A stretch of 63,978 nucleotides of DNA, filler included, from Craspedostauros australis (lineage: Eukaryota): the NCBI GenBank assembly GCA_030167865.1. It is 19 parts of 19 records of this genome, joined end to end, with 100 filler letters (N's around TTAATTAATTAA, not from the genome) between each part and the next. Parts side by side here need not be neighbours in the genome. Positions count along the whole stretch, not along the records: positions 1 to 12,689 come from JALAGF010000567.1; 18 more parts are not named here. One strand, written 5' to 3'. Position 1 is the first letter of the stretch; each line of letters opens with the position of its first letter. Positions 1 to 12,789 of the stretch are shown here, in pieces. The notes below the pieces were generated by a model. It worked only from the letters and a program-made list of their open reading frames with translations, was not told the origin of the DNA and did not search any database. A program made the translations under genes and the position numbers.

Positions 1-173
1 GGGGGGGGGTGGGTTGGGGGTGAGCGGCAGATCGTTCGCGGGCATGGCGGATGGAACGTGTGTAATGGGGGGACCGCTGGCACCAACACAGGCAGACAGA
101 CAGACAGTAGCACGGAAGAGACACATACTGTGGAGCCATCATGTCATGTCGCATCATGCGCTGCCGCTGTTTG

Positions 174-2219
174 TCACATCAGACAGCATTGCGGGCCTGC
201 CATCGCCTTCGCTTCGTTGTGCTTACATGGTGAAATGCCAGAGCTGGGACCGTGGCCAACCTGTGCGCTTCGGCGCGATGCCTGCTCCGTGATCATCTTG
301 AGGAATTCTGGCTTGAAACCGACAATGTCGCTGATGATGTGCTCGATGTCGCGGAATCTGTGCAGGACAGTTCTTGGGAGGTCGGTCTTGGCTCGGGCCC
401 AATCCTCGCCGCATGTGTACTCGGGAGCCTTTCGTTTGCGGGAATTGTGACTTCGTCTGGATTGCTCGATCTCGCGTCTGGTGGGTGGGACCGGCTTTCT
501 GCCGGATCCATCGCGGTCTAACGCTGGTTCTTGCTTGACGGGGGCGAGAGAGGCATTTTCTGCACCCGGGCCACCGCTGCCGTCGTCCGCGGACTGTTGG
601 ATGGCCTTGGAGTTGTTGGTGCTGCTATTGTTTTCGTCATTATTGTCGATTGCTTCGGCCTTGGCGGCAGTTTTCTGCTGTGCCGTCCAGGCATCCTCCA
701 GCTCCTTGGCTTTGTGGCGCACGTGCTGCGCGAACGGATGCTCCACGACGCGGTAAAAGAGCATGTAGGCTTCTGCATTCGTGACCTCGGCCAGCGACGC
801 GACCGTCACCCTGGCATCGTCCATCTTCCACCATTCGTTCTTGACTACGTTGCGGACGTAGGCGATGTAGTGACCGGAGTGAGAGTTCTTTCCGGCGTGG
901 ACGATGACGGCGAAGAGCCTGCAGAGGTTGTTGGAATGCTTCTTCTGCAACTCTGGCGTCAGGTAGGGGTTGAGATCGAAGACTGGATCGAAGCGAGCAT
1001 GGCCTTCAATCTTCGCAGATCCTGATCGTCCTGTGAGCATGTCGATTTCGGACGATCGGCCGCTGCGTCTGGACGTTCTGTCTCCGAGTCTTGCGGAGCC
1101 CTTGTTGTCACCGTACCGGAAGCGCTTGAGGTGAAGGGTGAGGATGGGTGGGATGGAGGCCAGGCGGCTTTGTTTCGTCGCCTTCCCCAGCTTGCCGCAC
1201 TTCTCACATTTGTAGGCGGCGTCCAGGGCCTCCGCCTTGGCGAATCGTTGGAGGGCGGCGGAGACATCGGTGAGCTTGTACATGGCATCGGGGTTGGTGT
1301 AGGACACCTCGAGGCCGATGTCCTCGATGGGATCGAGAGTCGAGCTCGTGGCCTTGCAGTGTTCGCACGTGACCTGCGACTCGATCTTGCCGCGGAAGAG
1401 CTGGAAGGGGTATTCATTGTCGACGGGAGGTTTGGTGTCGCCTTGTTGCGACGATGAGGAGGGAGAATTTTGCTGTTCTTGCTTGATGCTGTTCCTCGTC
1501 ACTCGTCGCTCGGGGGTCGACTTTTGCGGCGTTGAGTTTTCACTTCCATTTTGAGCCGCATCGCCTTCGATCGTGGATCGCGCTTCATTGCAGCTGCGTT
1601 GCATGGCATCGATGAGCAGACGAAGGAACTCGTGCGAGTCCTCTTGGACGCCGAGCTTGAACCACGGAGCGACATGGTCTATGAAGCCATGCACGAAGGT
1701 GGAGGGCGATACGGGCTTGTCCTTGAACGGAGCAGGAGAATGGACTCTTCGCAGATGCCTCTCGACTTCGCACAACGTGCAGAACTTGCGCTCATGAGTT
1801 GTCGATGTGGGCGATGATGCGTTGGTTGGACTTCGCTTGGCGGACGCGGAATGAGAGCGCCTGGATTTACGGGTTGGCTTGACATCCTCCTCTTCCTCGT
1901 CCGCCACCATGCCAAGCGGCGACGATGAAGGCGATGTGCTGTATTTGGCATTCTCCGCGAAGATGGGGCAGGTGGAGTGATGCGGCTCTGCGTCCATTGC
2001 CAAGCACAGCTCAGGTGCGTGTGCCAAGGCCTGAAGCACGGCGTTCATGTAACATGTGTTGCCAAGATTGGCGACAGGCCGCGCTACCTCTCTGTTGGGT
2101 GGACCTCTTGCCATTCCGCCAATGCCATTGCTGCTACCGTTGCTGTTATTATTCGTCTCTGAAGAGGCCGGGGCAGGTGAAAGGTCGCGTCCGCCGCTGG
2201 TTTTGCTGGATTGTGTCAT
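174..2219 (-). CDS. Ubiquitin-specific protease (peptidase C19, USP36/42-like). The true 3' end may be spliced off at a GTAAGC donor near 226.
   Basis: Cys box NLGNTCYMNAVLQAL, QEDSHEF motif, zinc ribbon CEHC...CEKC, LHLKRF, His box HAGKNSHSGHYIAY, WWKMDDA, AYMLFY. Confidence 0.93.
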   Translation of the reverse strand: MTQSSKTSGGRDLSPAPASSETNNNSNGSSNGIGGMARGPPNREVARPVANLGNTCYMNAVLQALAHAPELCLAMDAEPHHSTCPIFAENAKYSTSPSSSPLGMVADEEEEDVKPTRKSRRSHSASAKRSPTNASSPTSTTHERKFCTLCEVERHLRRVHSPAPFKDKPVSPSTFVHGFIDHVAPWFKLGVQEDSHEFLRLLIDAMQRSCNEARSTIEGDAAQNGSENSTPQKSTPERRVTRNSIKQEQQNSPSSSSQQGDTKPPVDNEYPFQLFRGKIESQVTCEHCKATSSTLDPIEDIGLEVSYTNPDAMYKLTDVSAALQRFAKAEALDAAYKCEKCGKLGKATKQSRLASIPPILTLHLKRFRYGDNKGSARLGDRTSRRSGRSSEIDMLTGRSGSAKIEGHARFDPVFDLNPYLTPELQKKHSNNLCRLFAVIVHAGKNSHSGHYIAYVRNVVKNEWWKMDDARVTVASLAEVTNAEAYMLFYRVVEHPFAQHVRHKAKELEDAWTAQQKTAAKAEAIDNNDENNSSTNNSKAIQQSADDGSGGPGAENASLAPVKQEPALDRDGSGRKPVPPTRREIEQSRRSHNSRKRKAPEYTCGEDWARAKTDLPRTVLHRFRDIEHIISDIVGFKPEFLKMITEQASRRSAQVGHGPSSGISPCKHNEAKAMAGPQCCLM

Positions 2220-2764
2220 GGCTCAATTATTGGTGGGATGGTGTATGAAGTAGAGTAGAGCACTGTACAGTCGCAGAGTACGTAGTAATTGTATCGTCCA
2301 GTGTCGTCCAGTACCCTGTTGTTTGTTGTTGTTGTTGTCGTTGTTTGTTCGCAAAATGTGAGCGTGTCGTTTCCGTCTCCGTGGCACGAGTATCGGTGCT
2401 GACGCGCCTGGCGGGTGGAGGTTGTGGGTGATGTTCGGTCGCAACGAGATTGGGGCGAGTGTGTGAGCGCAAGAGAAGGAACAGAATTGCGTGTTCTGGT
2501 GTGCACGTTGCTTCCTTTGCGGTGTCGTGTCCCAGAGCCAATGCCCTTCGTTGCTTTTTGGTGAAACGTGACAAGACTTTGGTGTTCTCAGAAATGTCGC
2601 CAAGTTTTGCGCCACTTTGCCTTTCCTGAGCGCAAACGATCACTGTGCAGGTATGTCTGTGGATGATGGATGTGGCGGCACAAAATCGATGTCAGAATTG
2701 GGTGTTGACTGTGCCGACGTCCCGGGTTCGACAGAGTTCCTTCGCTGTGCCGTCCTGATCGTTG

Positions 2765-2820
2765 CCACAGGTCTGCCACAAGTCTACGACAAGTCTACGA
2801 CAAGTCTGCAACCAAGTCTG
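2765..2820. repeat. Short 11-bp tandem repeat (~5 imperfect units of CGACAAGTCTA) upstream of the USP gene
   Basis: ccacaggtctg ccacaagtcta cgacaagtcta cgacaagtctg caaccaagtctg read directly. Confidence 0.6.
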
Positions 2821-4653
2821 ATTCCACGAGTGGAATGGAGCGGGCCGCACGAGGTACGAGCGCTCTGCGAATACTCACGATCACAAAACTTCCCCGAGCA
2901 GCGTCGTCGATGTGATGCTCGTCGTGCCAATAAGCGCGGAGTGCGGTGGAGGAGGACTGCGCTGCACTGCACTGCCAGCACTCCGACTACGTTGCTGGGA
3001 GTAATCGCCGGCTCTTCGCCTCGTTGTCTGTTGTGCGGCGATGTATCGTGCTCGTGCGGGATGGCGCGAATGTGGTGATGGAAGGCAGAGCAGAGTCTTC
3101 CTACTGTGCTGCCAGTCTTCTCCACCGTCGATGTCTTGTGAGATGCTTGCAACAATCACAAGGACCAAGCATGCCACGTATGGTGCATCGCTATTGTCGT
3201 GTATTGTATTCTATATCGCTCTGTAACTGCTGGTACAAGTGCAGTGGTGGGTATGTTAGCGAGTGTGACCCAGAGACTGATTGGGAGACTGTGATTAGAG
3301 GTGTGTGGAGGTGTGTGTCTGGGAATGCGATTGTGTGACCGCGGAAAGGTGCTCGTTGTCACACCTCGTTCCACGCTGTGGAGGACCTCGTGGTGATTGT
3401 TGCGTGGAGCAACGAAGAGAGAGAGGCAGCTTCTGCAGCCACAAAATCTCGGTTTCCTCTTCTGTGTTCCTCGTTTTGTCTTGTGGTGTTGTGTGTTTGG
3501 GTGTTTGGGTGTGACCCACTGTTGGATGGTCGCCGCACAGAATGATTGCCAAGCGCGAACAGTGGTGGGAACCAACCAATTGAGCGGACTGTGACGACCC
3601 ACAACTCTGCCGCATCCTTCGTCGTTGTCGAGGCACAGCGATCAGCTGCACCGCGTTTCACATCCCAACAAACCAGCCCCAACCACGACAAATGGCGTCA
3701 CCAAGAACAAGAGGGAGAAAACTGGGCAAGACACAAAGAGGAACACAACAAGAGAGAGGTCACAAGAATTGATGCCATTTGGGGTTGTCTGTTTCGTGGA
3801 CGTACATGCGGACAGAGACACCAAGCAGACAAATACGCAGCACTTGATTGGCCCGTGACATGCGGAAGCGTTCTTGCTCGACGTCTGATGTCGTCATGCG
3901 GAATTCACCCTCCGGTGCCGGCCGGTGCGCGATCCGAGAAGAAGCGAGACGAAAACAGAAGCCAGGTGGATTCGATGGACTCAATCTCTTCAGTCATGGC
4001 TGTAGTGTATGACAGGAGTTTAGAGATATGTGCTTTCCCCAATTCAGGATCTGCCCAGGACATCGGCATCGGTAGCCATGAACATGACACCCCTGTGGCA
4101 CAGACGTGGAGATGGTGTCAAGGATGTAGAGCCATCCAATCTGTCCAGACACAAGAATGATTGAGATACTCTTGGCACACTCGGCTCTCCAAATCATGTT
4201 GATGCCGTCGTCAAAAGTCTATCCTATGTACTTTATATAATACTAGTTACCGCTTTGAACTGTCATCACTTCCGGGAGAGAGGCACCCCAAGTGTTCTCA
4301 CGCGATGACGACGTTGATGAAGTCGTTGGTTGGTGGTGGTTTGGTTTCGCTGCTTGGGTGATTGCACCGAGGGGTTAATGGTGGCGTGGGCTGGCTGTGC
4401 CACGCCTTGTTGTACTTGTACCACAGATACTTGTTGTGGGCGTTTCCTTGCTTCTTGCTGTGCAAATGCGTTGGTGGATGTCGCTGCGCTCTTCCGACAC
4501 CTGATCCTCTCTGCTTGAATGGATGTCAAGCAGATTGGACCAAATGACATGGGTTCATCTCACAGAGGTTGCGGGAACAGATGGGAAATTAGGAAGCGCG
4601 CGTCTCCATCCAGAGTGCACACGATGTTGCGCAAGTAAACAAAGGGGATGAGC

Positions 4654-5392
4654 TTACTCGTCAACGAGTGGTGGGGCAAGGTAGAGAATCAAGGCGGCGA
4701 GTCCGAGGATTCCGAAGACTGGGAACAAGTATCCTCCGAAGTCACTGACGTTGGAGGCGACCAGCTGCGAGGATGCGGCAGCGTTGGAGGCAGAGAAGTC
4801 AGCCAGGTTCTCCATCATGTTGACCTTTGGTGCGGTCTGGGAGACGAAGGCTGGGGAAGACACTGCATTTCCAAGCGTCGAGCGTTGAGTGTGGATATTG
4901 TTGGTTTTCGTTCGAACGTGCGAGCAGTATTGGACAATTGAATGAACGGAGGTGGGGTTGTGTGAGATACATATTGGCAGAGCAGAGCATGATGCGTTTG
5001 CTCCAGTTATCGCTTCGCGCCAATTTAGGACACCTCATCGTCACTGGGGCATGCTGATGTGCGAAACACGCAGGAAGTGCCATGTGCAAGGGGTTCTGGC
5101 AATCGGCGGCCCCTCATGTCATGCCATGTTCATGAAGACGCAGCATGGGGAAAGTTGGCAGTTGCAACAGCGCCCACCGGCACTCCGGAGACAACGCCAC
5201 CGACGGACTATCCGCCGACTTTCCATGCCTGCCTCTGTCGTGCAAGAAGATGTCTATTCTGCTCGACACAGGGATCATGTGCACGATGCGCAACGTTGGA
5301 AGCACCTTCGACTCACGGGCTTGTCCAGCTGGGGCGACGAAGGCCTGGGCGGCGACGACGACGAGGGCGAGGAAGAAAAGGACACGGGACAT
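4654..5392 (-). CDS. Small (94 aa) nucleus-encoded plastid-targeted single-TM protein; exons 5392-5317 and 4862-4654
   Basis: Exon 1 MSRVLFFLALVVVAAQA|FVAP is a signal peptide plus ASAFAP-type motif. GTGAGT donor at 5316 and CAG acceptor at 4863 join in frame (phase 1) to ...SSPAFVSQT...LVASNVSDFGGYLFPVFGILGLAALILYLAPPLVDE*. Confidence 0.8.
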
Positions 5393-6302
5393 GGTTGCTG
5401 TATTGACTTGTTACGTGATGATCGGTTTGTGTGTGCACGAGGCGGTCGGAGATTGGGCTGTGCGAATGTCGATTGGTGGTTTCGATGGGTGCTGTCAAAA
5501 GCGATGGAGTCGATGCTGCTCAACGAGCAAATCAGCCAGTCGGTACGAGTAACGTAACGTCACCGTGTATCTCTCCACTTCGTGATGTCAGCCAACCCGT
5601 AGCACCTGCATCCAAACAACACAAAGGCAGGCCATTCATCCTCGTGTACCAGTACGAGTACTATCAGGCGGTGGCACACCACCAAGAACCGCGGCAGAGC
5701 GCGAACACAAGCACGAGTAACGTGTGAAGTCCTCTCCGACACACACTCTGTGGCGACACGTACGTGTGTGGCAGCTCCCTTGCTCTCACACAAAACACCA
5801 ACAATGCACCCCACAAACAAGGCGCGCAGATGCTGTCAAAATTGAAGCGCCGATCTTTCGTGTCGCTGGGCATCAACGTTGCGATCTTTCCTGTCGAAGG
5901 ACGGACTGTGAATGATGTGTTCTTCAACTTGTTGGTCGAACTGGTCCAGGGCGGTTTGAGCAAGACTGGTATGAATCAATCGATCCGTCCTTGCGCATGT
6001 ACGTGCAGATGCCGACCGCACAAAACAGGCCGCAGCCGCGATTCATGCGACTGGGTTGTGCCCAAAACACAAAGCCAACCAAAAAAGCACGCAACAACAA
6101 CAGACAGCAAGAAAAGCGGAGGAAATCCAAACAGCATCGCCACGAGCAGCAGCACTCTGGGCCGTCCCCGTGTTGCCGGCAAGATGTGGCTGTCACACCT
6201 GCAACACATCCGTATCCATCCGAAACACATTCGCAGTGTATCCTTACTCGTACCATCGTGTGAACAAGCAAGAGCGAATCTCAAGAGAGAGGCAGAGGGA
6301 CG

Positions 6303-7985
6303 ATGGCGACCTTCCCAGTTCCCTTCGTGGTATCGAATCCAGGCTCTTGGGGACCACCAGAGGGTCTGGACGATGCCAATCCAAACGCGCCATCCACCAG
6401 CGGCGTTGCCAAATTCTCGGAGCTTCCGTACGCACCGTTCGGGCGTTCCGACAGGCTCGGCCGCGTGGCTGATGTGTCCGGGCGCGGCGGACCTCCGCAG
6501 TACGGAAGGTACGGCAGATACGACCGCAACAACATGTACAACAAGAGACGCGAGGAGCCCAGCGAGGAGGAGAAGGCAGAGTCCTTCCAGCTCGTGGACA
6601 CCGCCAAGGTCGCCACCACGAAGCGCTTCGTCACGCCAGCGGCCAAGAAGAAGATGCAGGCGCAGCGCCTGCGCCAGATGAACGCGCGAAAGCAGCAATC
6701 CTCCGTGCAGCCGAGCGCGAAGGATGTCATGCAGCTGCGCAAGGGCGGCCGCGGTGGTGGCAGAGGCGGACGTGGGGGGCGCGGAGGCCGTGGTGGACGC
6801 GGCCGCGGAGGCAGAGGATACCGCCAGTTCAACCGCGTGGACCGCCAGCCTTCCGTGGCTGTGCAGGACACCTGGGAGAAGGTGGAAGAGCTCGACCTGG
6901 CCAAGCTCGCCAAGGGACTCGCCACCAGCTCCGACACGCCCACGGCAGAGGATCTTCTGTGGTGCGGATTCCTCGACTCCTACAAGGACATCTACGACAA
7001 GGCCACCGCACGTGCGCCAGCCAAGCTGCGACGATCCAACAGGGAGTTCTTCGCCGTCACCACCACCGACGATCCGATCCTGGAGAGGTTTGCCATCGAC
7101 GGTATGGGCCAGGTCTTCGTCACTGATACGATTCTGTCCCACCTCATGACCTGCACGCGCTCGGTGTATCCATGGGACCTCGTCATTCAGAAGCTGCCAG
7201 GCGGCACCATCTTCATCGACAAGCGCGACAATTCGCCGTTCGACTTCCTCACGGTCAACGAGACGTCGTCCAACCCGCCCAAGTCCGACGATGGCATCAA
7301 CACGCCCGAACGACTCGGAATTGAGGCCACCCAGATCAACCAGAACTTCTCGCAGCAGATCGTCGACAAGGCAAGCCGCAAGTCGTTTGACGTGGACAAC
7401 CCATTCTTCGACGAGGATGATCCAGATGCCACGGCAGCGGCAAGCATCGGCTTCCGGTACAGAAAATTCGCCCTCGATGACGAGACGGTGCTCGTGTGCC
7501 GTACCGAGCTCCACGGTCTGGTGAAGAAGAAGCAGTACATGACAGCATTCGCCCTCAACGAGTACGCGCCGCCGACCACTCCAAACGCCCCCATTCCAAG
7601 CTGGCGCGCCAAGATCGACAATCAGCGCGGTGCCGTCCTGGGCAACGAGCTGAAGAACAACTCCTTCAAACTCGCCAAGTGGACCGCCCAGTCGTTGCTG
7701 GCAGGTGCCGACCAAATGAAGATCGGCTTCTGCTCGCGCACATCGCCCAAGGACCCCAACAACCACCAGATCCTGGCGACGCAGTTCTACAGACCTAAGG
7801 ACTTCGCCGCCCAGATCACCCTCAACGAAGGCCAGATGTGGGCCATGATCCGAATGTTCATCCAGCTGGTCAAGAAAAAGGACCAGGGCAAGTACGTCCT
7901 CATGCGCCAGCCCAACAAGGCCATCCTCACCATGTACAAGGTCCCAGACGACACTTTCGACGACGACGATGAGGATGAGGAGTAA
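6303..7985 (+). CDS. EIF3D: Eukaryotic translation initiation factor 3 subunit D
   Basis: N-terminal WGP and [26 protein letters not shown] tract, [55 protein letters not shown]; strong codon bias. Confidence 0.96.
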   Translation: MATFPVPFVVSNPGSWGPPEGLDDANPNAPSTSGVAKFSELPYAPFGRSDRLGRVADVSGRGGPPQYGRYGRYDRNNMYNKRREEPSEEEKAESFQLVDTAKVATTKRFVTPAAKKKMQAQRLRQMNARKQQSSVQPSAKDVMQLRKGGRGGGRGGRGGRGGRGGRGRGGRGYRQFNRVDRQPSVAVQDTWEKVEELDLAKLAKGLATSSDTPTAEDLLWCGFLDSYKDIYDKATARAPAKLRRSNREFFAVTTTDDPILERFAIDGMGQVFVTDTILSHLMTCTRSVYPWDLVIQKLPGGTIFIDKRDNSPFDFLTVNETSSNPPKSDDGINTPERLGIEATQINQNFSQQIVDKASRKSFDVDNPFFDEDDPDATAAASIGFRYRKFALDDETVLVCRTELHGLVKKKQYMTAFALNEYAPPTTPNAPIPSWRAKIDNQRGAVLGNELKNNSFKLAKWTAQSLLAGADQMKIGFCSRTSPKDPNNHQILATQFYRPKDFAAQITLNEGQMWAMIRMFIQLVKKKDQGKYVLMRQPNKAILTMYKVPDDTFDDDDEDEE

Positions 7986-9166
7986 GAATGTAAGCAGAGT
8001 GCTCTGCATACTAAAGTAGCATGACAGAGCATCCGCAGCGCATGCCGTTAGTCAACCAATGGAAGCATGCTATGTATTCTACGAGTAGTGCCCATAAGTG
8101 TTCCAATACTCTCTCTTGAGACTTCTTGGCTTTGCTTGCTTTCCAGCGCTTGATCCTCTTGGTTTGCGCGCTGTCCAGAGACGCATGATTGTCCCAGTGA
8201 GGTATTAGACATATTTTCTTTCGGCGTCTTCTTTGAGTGGCATGGTCTGTATCATTCGCTCGAGGTGTCCTCATTCTCCGTCCATTTCCCATGTCCATGT
8301 CTGCTACGATCACACATGAAGTCCAGTGCTGAAGGTTCGCAGCCAAGTAGTCGAAGCACGCACAGCCCGCAACAGCCAAAGTGAACGCGATAACACAGAT
8401 GCTCTCCGGAAAGATACGACGATATGAGAACATCCAAAAGCAGAGGAATACGCAGACGCCCCACCTCCGCCGAGGACAAGCACAAGGTCGGCATCGAGGT
8501 TCAGTCTGAAATACATACATATAATATAATAATACATCGCATGGAAGTGAAAGTTGTGTTATGGCACAACGTCCACAGAAGCCGGCTGCAGGTAGTTCTA
8601 GTGTGTCCTTTATTGCGGAGTCAATTTGTCGCAGTCAAACGTGGATAATATCATTGTAGAATTAGGGTGTTCCATTTTAGATCAGATAATCAATACTATC
8701 GTGTAGTGCGTCCGCTTTTTGTAGTCTTGTGAAGGCTGCATTGATACGCACGTTTGACCATACAAAGCCATGTGGCATATTTAAGTCAGTCCGTCACACG
8801 TAGTGAAGCCAACAGTAGCGAAATATCAGGCTCATCCTGACCCGTCCGTCGACCGTTTTCTGTGAAGCCGCGATCGACCCGTTTTTGGCGCCATTGTTGC
8901 AACGCGAAACTCTTCATGGAGATGTCACCACACCACGCGACGCTCTGGATTCGTCATTGGCTTGCGTCGTCTTCGTCGGTCTGTTGGTTGCGTGTTTGCT
9001 GTTGTTGCCTTGTGATGATTCATCCGTCTGTGACTTCGGAATGCCCTCTCAATCTCTCAAGAATGAGAGAACGACAGACAGAGAGCATTCGTGGATCGTA
9101 CTTCACATACTCGTGCATTCACATCCATACTATTATACAACCAGTAACCCCTTCCTGTCCGTCGTG

Positions 9167-10192
9167 ATGGCGGCGACGAACGCAAGCACAGATGCGACTG
9201 CGGATACGTTCGATGAAGCCCAGCAGTTCGATGCATTGGAGCGCAAAGTTCAAGAGATCGAGGCATTAGAGGCCATCTACGATGGAATAGCAGGCGATGG
9301 GGGAGGCAAAGGTGACGATGGAGATGATGGAGAGGATGATGATGCCGTGCGATTCATCCTCAAATCAGGGCATCACTGGGATGTGTGTCGATCCATTCAA
9401 CAACAGCAGCGGCAGGATCAGGACCATGATCAAGACCATGACAAGCAATCCTTGACAACACCAACTCATCAAGGCTGCGAATATGCCAACACATCATTGG
9501 ACATTGAATTTCAGTCCTCGCGGCGACAAAATAGAATTCAATTCCATCTGCCCATCCATTACCCCTTGGTCTCGGCACAGCCCACGGTCCTTCAGATCGA
9601 AGGTTGGACACGCAAGGATCGGCAGGCGCTGCAATTGCGGTTGCAATCAACCGCACGCGAGTTGGTCGGGATGGAAGCGATCTGGGAATTGAATCAGCAG
9701 TTCCACGAGCAGCTGTTGGAACATCAGCAGGAGGCAAGCCTGGAAGGCAGCGAAACGACCCATCTGGACAGTGTCACCATCACACGCACGCGATGCTGGA
9801 TATGGGTTCATCACATTGTGGACAAGGGCCGATGCAAGGACATCGTGCGCGAGGCGAAGGATTCGGGATTGCATGGGTATCTGAAATCGGGATATCCTGG
9901 CATCGTGGTGGTGGAAGGTCCGACGACGAGCGTGGAGGAGTATGTGTCCTGGGTGAAGGGGAACAAGAGCCGTCCCGGTGGATTTGGTCGCAACTGGGGA
10001 CACCATGTGCGAGGAGAAGTACGGATACCGTCGGAAGTCTTGCCGCGGCCGTTCGCACAGCTGGGAGATGAGCTGCGTGCACTGGCGGAGAAGTGCAAAT
10101 CGGTAGGGCTGGGAGATGAGTTCTTGGCATACGTGATGCAGCACACAAAGAAAGGCACCGATGACGATGACGGTGATGAGAGCACGAACTGA
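9167..10192 (+). CDS. RWD-domain + DUF1115 protein (RWDD2-like)
   Basis: QEIEALEAIY and LPIHYP (RWD) followed by RCWIWVHHI...LHGYLKSGYPGIVVVEG (DUF1115-type). Start placed at ATG 9167. Confidence 0.8.
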   Translation: MAATNASTDATADTFDEAQQFDALERKVQEIEALEAIYDGIAGDGGGKGDDGDDGEDDDAVRFILKSGHHWDVCRSIQQQQRQDQDHDQDHDKQSLTTPTHQGCEYANTSLDIEFQSSRRQNRIQFHLPIHYPLVSAQPTVLQIEGWTRKDRQALQLRLQSTARELVGMEAIWELNQQFHEQLLEHQQEASLEGSETTHLDSVTITRTRCWIWVHHIVDKGRCKDIVREAKDSGLHGYLKSGYPGIVVVEGPTTSVEEYVSWVKGNKSRPGGFGRNWGHHVRGEVRIPSEVLPRPFAQLGDELRALAEKCKSVGLGDEFLAYVMQHTKKGTDDDDGDESTN

Positions 10193-10548
10193 AAGCGAGC
10201 GTACCTACTAGAGTTTCATGGTGCATCCCTTCCATCTCATCCAATTGGATTCGCCACCTGAACATATGACTGGAGCACTACGTATTTTATGCATTTTTAT
10301 ACAACGAATGGCTCCAGAGTACCATTCGTTGTCGTCATTGTTCTGATGTATCCCCGCTATACGTGTCCTTGGTACGACTAGTGACAGGTCGATGCCAAGA
10401 AGATTGTTCATCCAGCGTGTGTGCTTTCATTCCTTCGGATGCTTACGTCGCACCTGAACATGTACGGCCGGGGTTGCGAGAAGTGCTCAATTCCTAGTCT
10501 CCTTGATGGACGTTCTATTCCGCCCCCTCCGTCTGGCTCTACCCAATC

Positions 10549-12625
10549 CTAACCCATTTGTCCGAGCGGCACGGATCCAACACCTGCGCTTGGCGGAAGT
10601 GTAACAGCCTCGAGCGATGCATCGTGTTGGTTGTTGCTGTTGTCGAGCAGCATGTACTCCGATAGAATGCCGCGGACTTGGGTCTGCATGTTGCGGCGGG
10701 TTCGCTGGTGGTAGACGACTCCAGCTGCACCCAGTGTGCCAATCAGAGCAATCACGGAGACGAAGAAAGTGGTGTGGGAGATCGGCTTTTGCGATGCGGG
10801 GATGGGGTCAACGATCAGCACTCCGTCATCGTCGGCGTAGCCATACGCGTCTCCTCCCTTCGGGTTTCCTCCACCGTCTCCATCTACTTCATTGATGCAT
10901 TGCTCTACATTCGTGCGGTAACGACAATAAATGCAAACACGAGGGAGTGATTCGGCGGTGAATCGTGAGCAGATGTCCCCGAGGATCTCCTCCGCGATGA
11001 ATCTTCCTTGGAACATCCTCTTGTTGACATACAACGATGGTATGGCAACGAGGCTCTTCCTTTCGGCAAGCTCCATCTCGGCTTGGAGAATTGTATTTTC
11101 GATGTTTGCATCAAGTCCACCAGAATGGGACATGCATTCGTCGATGGCTCTCCCGTCAACACCAGCGATTTCCATAGCGCCGGTGATGCAGTCATCATCC
11201 TTGAAGGATTCCCCGGTGCACGTTGTGGTGAATTCATTGACATACTTCCACCATCGGAAGCCATTGTCAACGCTTCCATAGTTCCTCCAGATACAAAGCC
11301 GACGGAGAGTCTCAGCCATAATGCTGGCGCCCTGAATGACCCCATTCTCATAGTAGTAGTATGCCTCCAGGGAGCAGTATCGACCATGGTTTGTGCACAT
11401 GGTACTGCATTCGGGATCGCTGTCGGAGGCGCGGTCGCATAAGAACTTGGTCCCACTAGTCACCGACATGTGCGGGGTAAAGGTTGCGGACTCACCCAAC
11501 GCATTGACAAGGCTGCCGAGTAAAGGTTCGGGAGGCACATTGCCCATGCCGCCAAGGGTTGGAATTGTCCAGAACTCAACGTCCACATGGTCATGAACGT
11601 CCGGTGCGGACCACGACATCTTGGCTCGGACGGGGAAATCCTCAGTGAGAAGGCGCTTCCACTGATCGGCGTCTTCCTTCAGCATCATGAAAGACGGGAT
11701 CCCAACGTCCCCACCGGAACCATCATCCCCCATGTCTGGCTCGTGTGCTTCGCACCCGACATCATCTGAGAAGCAGCTGCTTCCTGAGGAGCACTGGCAG
11801 ATGTTGTCGGCGATCAGCACGGCACTGGCACCTGAATACTGGGCATTCCGCACCTTCCTCACGAAGGAACAGCCACCCCGGTCAACCATGAGGATGAAAG
11901 AGGTTCTGGTAGGAAGTGATCCATGTCCATCATCGTCTGGGCTTGGCCAAATACGTGCGTCACGATTGATGCTGCGATCGCACATGGGATCATCAGTGTA
12001 GTACACGGGCTGCTCCATGGATCCGATGGTTGGGGTCCAGCCGAATTGGGCATCCGTGTGGTTGTATCCACCTGACATCCTCAAGTTTTCGGGATACTAT
12101 GCAACGATTGGCGTGTCGACATGCATGTTGAAAATAGTAATAAGACGAAGAGGATGAGGATGATATGGCGTTGTTGCATGATATAGTACGATGTGCTCAT
12201 ATGGATTAGGGTCGCACTGAGGATACGTACGCACAAGTACTCCAGGTAGAGCCAGATGATGCCGCCCCTGCCCTGCTCTGGCGTAACCGCACATGGCATA
12301 CGAGCTGCATAGTCGTACGGGTAGGGCAATAGGCACCCTACCCATGGAGTGCAGAGCTGCGCATTCATCCATGCGGTGACATATGCAGACACGAGCTCCA
12401 GACACTGGAGATGCTATCAAGATGCGCGGCAAGGCATCGTCCCAGTACAAGTACAAGCACATCACATCCGTGCACTCTTCGAGAGTAGAGCACGATGTTC
12501 GATGGTGCACTCACCGTGGCTTGCAACCGGCTTTCTGCATTCACGTTGAGGTTGACGTTGGTCGCGCAGTGCAGCGTGCTGACCGCAAGGCCGAACGCGA
12601 GCTTTCCAAATCCATTGAAGCGCAT
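10549..12625 (-). CDS. Vacuolar sorting receptor-like protein (PA domain, thioredoxin-like region, TM, YxxPhi tail); exons 12625-12515 and 12096-10549
   Basis: Signal peptide in exon 1; GTGAGT/TAG intron restores frame. VDRGGCSFVRKVRNAQ..GASAVLIADN (PA), CTNHGRYC, ETLRRLCIW, TM, tail QVRGILSEYMLLD (plant VSR IMAQYMPLD). Confidence 0.9.
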
Positions 12626-12689
12626 GTTGGTACTGCCTGCTTTGCTCTGCTCTGCTCTACTTTGCTCGAATCGGATCGACTCGGATCGA

Positions 12690-12789
12690 NNNNNNNNNNN
12701 NNNNNNNNNNNNNNNNNNNNNNNNNNNNNNNNNTTAATTAATTAANNNNNNNNNNNNNNNNNNNNNNNNNNNNNNNNNNNNNNNNNNNN
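12690..12789. other. Artificial contig linker (N-run + TTAATTAATTAA + N-run), first of 18. Others start at 14552, 16838, 19132, 39751, 41227, 45167, 46961, 49136, 50799, 52233, 53583, 54908, 56272, 57582, 58978, 61125, 62866.
   Basis: Identical 100-bp structure with stops in all six frames, repeated between unrelated sequences. Confidence 0.98.

Noticed and set aside
2250..4600. Many short overlapping ORFs
   Set aside because: No motifs or coding bias; looks like UTR/intergenic sequence with simple repeats.
5976..8009. 677-aa antisense ORF
   Set aside because: Shadow of codon-biased eIF3d on the opposite strand; no motifs of its own.
8885..9166. N-terminal extension of the RWDD2-like ORF
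   Set aside because: Begins at a non-ATG codon; ATG 9167 directly precedes the domain.
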